DNA of 57,297 nucleotides from a virus (Duplodnaviria; Caudoviricetes): IMG/VR virus record IMGVR_UViG_3300036987_000111, positions 1 to 57,297 of that record; one strand, 5' to 3'. Shown piece by piece: positions 53,007 to 57,297 of this stretch (position 1 is its first letter; each line of letters starts with the position of its first letter). The notes under the pieces were generated by a model. It saw only the letters and a program-made list of their open reading frames with translations, ran no database searches and was not told where the DNA came from. The position numbers and the translations under genes were made by a program.

Positions 53007-55886
53007 TTAATCATCGAAAGAAGCACCTTGGTTAGTGATAACAAATTCCAGTCCGATGAATTCGATAGCCTTAACCGGTTTCACCATGATCTTTGCATAC
53101 ATGATGTTTCGGTCAACCAGTTCTGGAGTAGTTGTGGTTTCGTCCAGAATAAACTTGTATTCCGAAATACCATATCGAACCTTGACAGAATCCAGGAAAG
53201 GCTCTGCTTCTCCCAGGAACCGGTTCCAAGTAATTGAAACATTGGGATCAAATAGCACCCTTGCCGCCATACGGCTGATTTCTTTCTTCAGGAAGATCAT
53301 CAATCTTCGGACATTGATTCGATCAACCGCCGATGGCGTTACTTGAAGGGTTTTTTGTCCAAAGATAACGATTCCCTGATTGGGGAAATTACCGATAGGA
53401 TTAATATTTGCCTCATAGAGTCTATCTCTTTGTGTTGAGGTTAGTTTCTCCCTGACATTCAGCACGGGCATACCAGCAGAACCTTCTGACAGTCCACCAC
53501 GAGTAAATCCAGCAGGAGCAAACCACAGTTCGCTCTTTCCTTCGCTCGAACCAAGAGTTCCCAAGGCAACAACCGAAGGTGGTACCCAAATGTATGCACC
53601 GTTGATGGTATCTCGAATTTGAACCCAAGGATAGAAAGCAGCGCCATAGGAGGTATTCAATCCTCGGAACTTGAGATTGGAAATTGTTTGATCAACATCT
53701 CCCCTATTCGCAGGATCGGAATCTCCAAGATTATTTTCTGTGTTGGGTTTAAATCCACCCTCAAGATCAATGATTGCCATCATATCTCCCCGAGATTCGC
53801 AGACATTCAATAGATGATCCGTCAGACCAACTTGAGTAATGCCAGGAATAGCGGCGAGATTTCCTTCAACCATTTCAGGATCGGCAAATGTATCAATCGC
53901 TCTTTTTACAGTATTGAACATTGCGTCAGTGGTTTCGGAAGGGCTTTCACCTTCCCAAATAAAATTCCCAAAAGGTTCTTTCACTGTAACCGACAGACCA
54001 TCAAAACCGCCAAAAAGAGGAAGAGTAAACCTGTTAAATCCGGCATCCAGAACGTATTCATAAGAAGCCGTTGATTTATACTGTACATTTCCTTCCGTGT
54101 TGTAGTAAGTTCCTGCTGTAATGGAAGTGCCAGCAACCCGATTTCCTTCTGCCCATTCCGCATCAGTTTGAGAACCGGAGGTCCAAGCAATATCGTCCAG
54201 AGAAAACATTACTCCAGTTGTAGTGCCAACATCAGAGTCTTCATCATAGGAATCGATTCCAACCGGTTTGGCTCTTACAACATCAACGTAGGACTCTTCG
54301 AATCGATTGCTTGTCGAGGAAATATTCGAGATAACTCCCCAATATCCTCTCTTGTTATTGACCAGATTTCCAGCAACATTTGAAACCCTATAGTTTAATT
54401 TGGGGAATTCGAAAGAGCAAGAGAAATCAGTAATTCCGGAATCAATTGCAGCAGTTCCTTCTCTTTGCGTATGAGCGGGAACAGAATCCAAACCACGAAG
54501 AGGGGTTGTTCCTGCCAGAGAACCAGAAGTATAAGAAACCGTTGCAAAATTAGGAGTTCCCCAAAATCCGAAAGGAAGCAGTCTTGGATCGACCATTCCC
54601 GTTTCCACGCTTGGGTTTAGTTCAATTCGGACAAACTTGGAACTATTCGCGAAGTTACCAAACTCACGATAACGTCTTTCATCATCATCCCAAACCAAAT
54701 AAGTATCACCAATTCTCTTGGCAATGAAATTGTCAGAACTTGGATTTAGGTTGACATTATCAAACCTTTCAACAAAGACCGGAGTATTATCCGAATCTTT
54801 GACCTTGCGAATCTCAACAGAGAAGAAACCATAGGGATCATCCTGATTCCTGGAGGTTTTGATATTGGACAAAGAGATTTTAAGATTCCTCTGTTCCCAT
54901 TCTCCGTTATCGTGCGTGACAAACCGGAAAAGTTTTGTCATACTTTTGGGATCAAAAGAACCGGTTGTGCTAGACATATGCTGACTGAAAATCCATCCGG
55001 ATTTTGCAGATTGCATTCCCATTCCAAAATCTCCACCCGAAAATTCAGTTGACTGAAGAGGGAGAATTACTGCGATTTGTCCATTAGCAGAGGTTGAACC
55101 GGTTAAGGTTGAGGTTAAATGCTTATCGAAGGTTTCACCTAGCCAGTAGTATTGCCTATCATCTTCATTAATCAGTTCAGATTCACCGTATAGGGTAGGA
55201 TTCGTATTGAATACCTTGCGGATATAGATAGCAGAATTCTTGTCGAAATTGAAAGAAGAAGTTAGAATTCCTGCGCCAGAACCATCTTCGATGATTGCCT
55301 TAAATTCAAAATTTGAACCAATTGACTTTACAACAACTGCTGCACCATCAACAGGATCACCTTGCGGGGAACTACCGGTCAGACGAATCGAACCTTCTTC
55401 GACATAAAAAATTGCAGAAAGAACCATCGAACCTTGATTTCCGTCAATAGAACCGGAGTCATAATTTCCAACAAAAAGACCAAATGCACCGCCATTCTCA
55501 TCCAGAGTTGTGCTAGGACTATTTTCCGTACTCCAACCAGCAACACCATCCTCTGTCGCATTGCTGTGTTGACAGCCTAACAGACGAATAACGGTAACGG
55601 GGCTGTTATTCTTTAGCCATGCTTGAGCGGCATAAGAGGCATAAGTTGGGGCAGAATAATTTCCTTCCCTCCAAATATCTCCACCGCGACCACCAGGAAT
55701 AGGATTTCCGAAGAGTTCAACAAACTCAGAAAAGGAACCAACAGTAACCGGTTTCATTGCAGGTCCACGTTCAGTTCTTCCAACAACAATTGGTCCAACA
55801 GGAAAACTAGTCTTCGGTAGTTGGGAATTATCCGTTTCTGCAACCTGAACACCCGGGGAAACAAACTTGAATAATTTATCTGGCAT
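53007..55886 (-). CDS. contractile tail sheath protein
   Basis: SPGV...E.D, WFAPAGFTRG, LYEANINPI, FGQKTLQ, RINVRRL, DETTTT...VDRN. Confidence 0.95.
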   Translation of the reverse strand: MPDKLFKFVSPGVQVAETDNSQLPKTSFPVGPIVVGRTERGPAMKPVTVGSFSEFVELFGNPIPGGRGGDIWREGNYSAPTYASYAAQAWLKNNSPVTVIRLLGCQHSNATEDGVAGWSTENSPSTTLDENGGAFGLFVGNYDSGSIDGNQGSMVLSAIFYVEEGSIRLTGSSPQGDPVDGAAVVVKSIGSNFEFKAIIEDGSGAGILTSSFNFDKNSAIYIRKVFNTNPTLYGESELINEDDRQYYWLGETFDKHLTSTLTGSTSANGQIAVILPLQSTEFSGGDFGMGMQSAKSGWIFSQHMSSTTGSFDPKSMTKLFRFVTHDNGEWEQRNLKISLSNIKTSRNQDDPYGFFSVEIRKVKDSDNTPVFVERFDNVNLNPSSDNFIAKRIGDTYLVWDDDERRYREFGNFANSSKFVRIELNPSVETGMVDPRLLPFGFWGTPNFATVSYTSGSLAGTTPLRGLDSVPAHTQREGTAAIDSGITDFSCSFEFPKLNYRVSNVAGNLVNNKRGYWGVISNISSTSNRFEESYVDVVRAKPVGIDSYDEDSDVGTTTGVMFSLDDIAWTSGSQTDAEWAEGNRVAGTSITAGTYYNTEGNVQYKSTASYEYVLDAGFNRFTLPLFGGFDGLSVTVKEPFGNFIWEGESPSETTDAMFNTVKRAIDTFADPEMVEGNLAAIPGITQVGLTDHLLNVCESRGDMMAIIDLEGGFKPNTENNLGDSDPANRGDVDQTISNLKFRGLNTSYGAAFYPWVQIRDTINGAYIWVPPSVVALGTLGSSEGKSELWFAPAGFTRGGLSEGSAGMPVLNVREKLTSTQRDRLYEANINPIGNFPNQGIVIFGQKTLQVTPSAVDRINVRRLMIFLKKEISRMAARVLFDPNVSITWNRFLGEAEPFLDSVKVRYGISEYKFILDETTTTPELVDRNIMYAKIMVKPVKAIEFIGLEFVITNQGASFDD

Positions 55887-55934
55887 GAAAAACTCCTTTA
55901 GCGGTTATAATCTCGTTCAAAACGATCCTATGGT

Positions 55935-55942
55935 TAAATAGT
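55935..55942 (-). promoter_or_regulatory. putative late-promoter motif
   Basis: ACTATTTA upstream of the sheath gene. Confidence 0.5.
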
Positions 55943-55990
55943 CTGAAGATTTCTGAAAGGGGTTTAAGTGGCAAAAATAATTGCTATGAG

Positions 55991-56773
55991 TTAGAATTCC
56001 TTTGGAAATTTGTATTCAACTACACTTTCTCTTCTGGTTACTAGAGGTTCGTTTTTGTTCTCTTTTGTCAGAAGATATCCGAGCATGTTCATGGAAATTG
56101 TTGATTCAAATCTTCTTTCTTCTTCTCCCATATCTTTCAGGGAATCGTCCGTTGAAAATTCTCCATCGATAAAAACCTCATACATATGACCTTCATGATG
56201 AAGAATCTTTCGATTCTGCGAGGAACCAATTTCGATAAAAGGAGAAAGAAGGACATTCATTTGCTGTTGATAGTTTGTCACAATCTTTATTTCGTATGCA
56301 ATCGAAACATAGACGGGCATTGGAACAAAATAGGTTTCGTAGACAATTTTCTTGTTGCCCTCTTTGGGAACCAATCTTCCGTTCTTGTATTCCGTATTTG
56401 CGAAATTTGCCGTCTTTTCCTGTTGAATGATGTTTCTGGCGATTGGATAGGCACCGCCGCGAGAATCATAACCTGGAAGGGTTGGAATCTGCCCATAGAT
56501 TCCTCCGCGACTGTCCGGACCTTTTTTGATTGAGCCTCTTTCGATTGAAATGAAAGGAAGAATGATTGCTCCGGTCTTATCCCGAAGGGTCATGTCTTTC
56601 TTCAATTGCAAACTTCTTTCCGGAGTCAACCAGAGAACCGGGCATTTTCGATTTCCTTTGTTTGTCTGACAATGGAGGTTCATTTCCTTGTCTATCCAGC
56701 GAAGCATAGATTCGTCCATTGATTCAATGGTTGATTCGGCAACCTCTACCTTCTCATTTTTATTGAATTTCAT
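55991..56773 (-). CDS. tail terminator / sheath stabiliser (gp15-like)
   Basis: LP.ISIER, P.PVYV...Y.I...YQQQMN; directly upstream of the sheath gene. Confidence 0.65.
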   Translation of the reverse strand: MKFNKNEKVEVAESTIESMDESMLRWIDKEMNLHCQTNKGNRKCPVLWLTPERSLQLKKDMTLRDKTGAIILPFISIERGSIKKGPDSRGGIYGQIPTLPGYDSRGGAYPIARNIIQQEKTANFANTEYKNGRLVPKEGNKKIVYETYFVPMPVYVSIAYEIKIVTNYQQQMNVLLSPFIEIGSSQNRKILHHEGHMYEVFIDGEFSTDDSLKDMGEEERRFESTISMNMLGYLLTKENKNEPLVTRRESVVEYKFPKEF

Positions 56774-57138
56774 CTTTTCATCCTATATGCTTTTCGAATT
56801 AATTGCTCAGATAAGGTTCTTGCAATTTTGTCAGGATTTTCTGCTTCCCATTCTGCCTTAAATTCGGGAGTGAATTCATCCAAATGATAGAGAGTTTCCA
56901 TAACCAATGATTCCTGCTCCGAAACAGAGAGATGATTAAATTCCCTGTCTGCGCTAACCCTTCCGAGGTTTCCCCCGTAAGTATAAACAATTCGAAACAG
57001 TTCCGGATTGAGTTCTTTCATTTTTTCTTCGATTTCTCTACCGGTAGATTCGCTTTGCAAAATATTATCATCCATTCTTCGAATTATCAGAAGAATATTC
57101 ATGAAACTTGTTTGTTCAATTTCTTCTCTCGCTTTCAC
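56770..57138 (-). CDS. hypothetical protein, possibly the 3' remnant of a gene interrupted by the terminal IS
   Basis: Frame stays open upstream (VEESSALENLK) to the IS end at ~57172; no SD before the GTG. Confidence 0.45.
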   Translation of the reverse strand: MKAREEIEQTSFMNILLIIRRMDDNILQSESTGREIEEKMKELNPELFRIVYTYGGNLGRVSADREFNHLSVSEQESLVMETLYHLDEFTPEFKAEWEAENPDKIARTLSEQLIRKAYRMKR

Positions 57139-57171
57139 TTTTAGATTTTCTAGTGCAGAAGATTCTTCTAC

Positions 57172-57297
57172 ATAGTTATTAATTCTATGGTCTTTTATAA
57201 CCCGTCAGAATTAATTTCACGGACAGCAGGGACTACAGGCTCCTGCCCTGGAGATTCGGATTCCCAAAAGAAACCTTTGAGATTCTTCCTCTCCAAC
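57172..57297 (-). mobile_element. tnpB: right end and tnpB 3' terminus of another IS607/tnpB-family element (partial)
   Basis: Encodes LERKNLKGFFW...EPVVPAVREINSDGL* (cf. LNKNRKGFFW...EFIVPVVHEVDSVES*), followed by TAAAAGACCATAGAATTAATAACTAT, 1 mismatch to 22463-22488. Confidence 0.88.

Noticed and set aside
44845-56773. Cellular contractile injection system or tailocin in a bacterial chromosome
   Set aside because: The tail genes are contiguous with a phage-type replication module (gp32-like SSB, helicase, Dam, dUTPase) and no typical cellular operons are present. Head genes presumably lie outside the window.
165-57144. The many short plus-strand ORFs
   Set aside because: They are antisense shadows of well-supported minus-strand genes and lack motifs; only tnpA and tnpB are credible on the plus strand.
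1-57297. tRNA or rRNA genes
   Set aside because: Intergenic gaps are short and none showed a cloverleaf or T-loop pattern by eye; tRNAscan-SE would confirm.

Overview
This is a 57 kb segment of a large contractile-tailed phage (myovirus, probably jumbo-type). Nearly all genes are on the minus strand and use the standard genetic code. Reading right to left along the minus strand: (1) a tail module (terminator, sheath, tube, chaperones, tape measure, baseplate); (2) a replication and nucleotide module (compact PolA-like protein, tubulin/FtsZ-like protein, SSB, RecA, 5'-3' exonuclease, DnaB, NrdJ, ThyX, DnaE, dUTPase, Dam, IMPDH); (3) virion and accessory genes (ClpP, GroEL, kinases, nucleotidase). 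The main finding is at 15707-26701. The DNA polymerase III alpha gene (dnaE) is broken into five separately translated ORFs joined by four naturally split inteins, giving a predicted spliced product of about 1144 aa. A free-standing endonuclease gene sits at each split point. Each endonuclease gene is preceded by a hairpin that pairs with its ribosome-binding site and contains a putative late-promoter motif. The three internal DnaE pieces have the layout IntC-extein-IntN, so the four intein pairs should be mutually orthogonal, and pair 4 has reversed charge polarity. One endonuclease is interrupted by an IS607 (tnpA+tnpB). Fragments of related tnpB elements lie at both window edges; comparing them with the complete copy suggests the element ends and the omegaRNA fold. 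IMPDH, NrdJ and RecA each carry a contiguous mini-intein, making 7 inteins in total. All calls come from reading motifs by eye; no database search was run.
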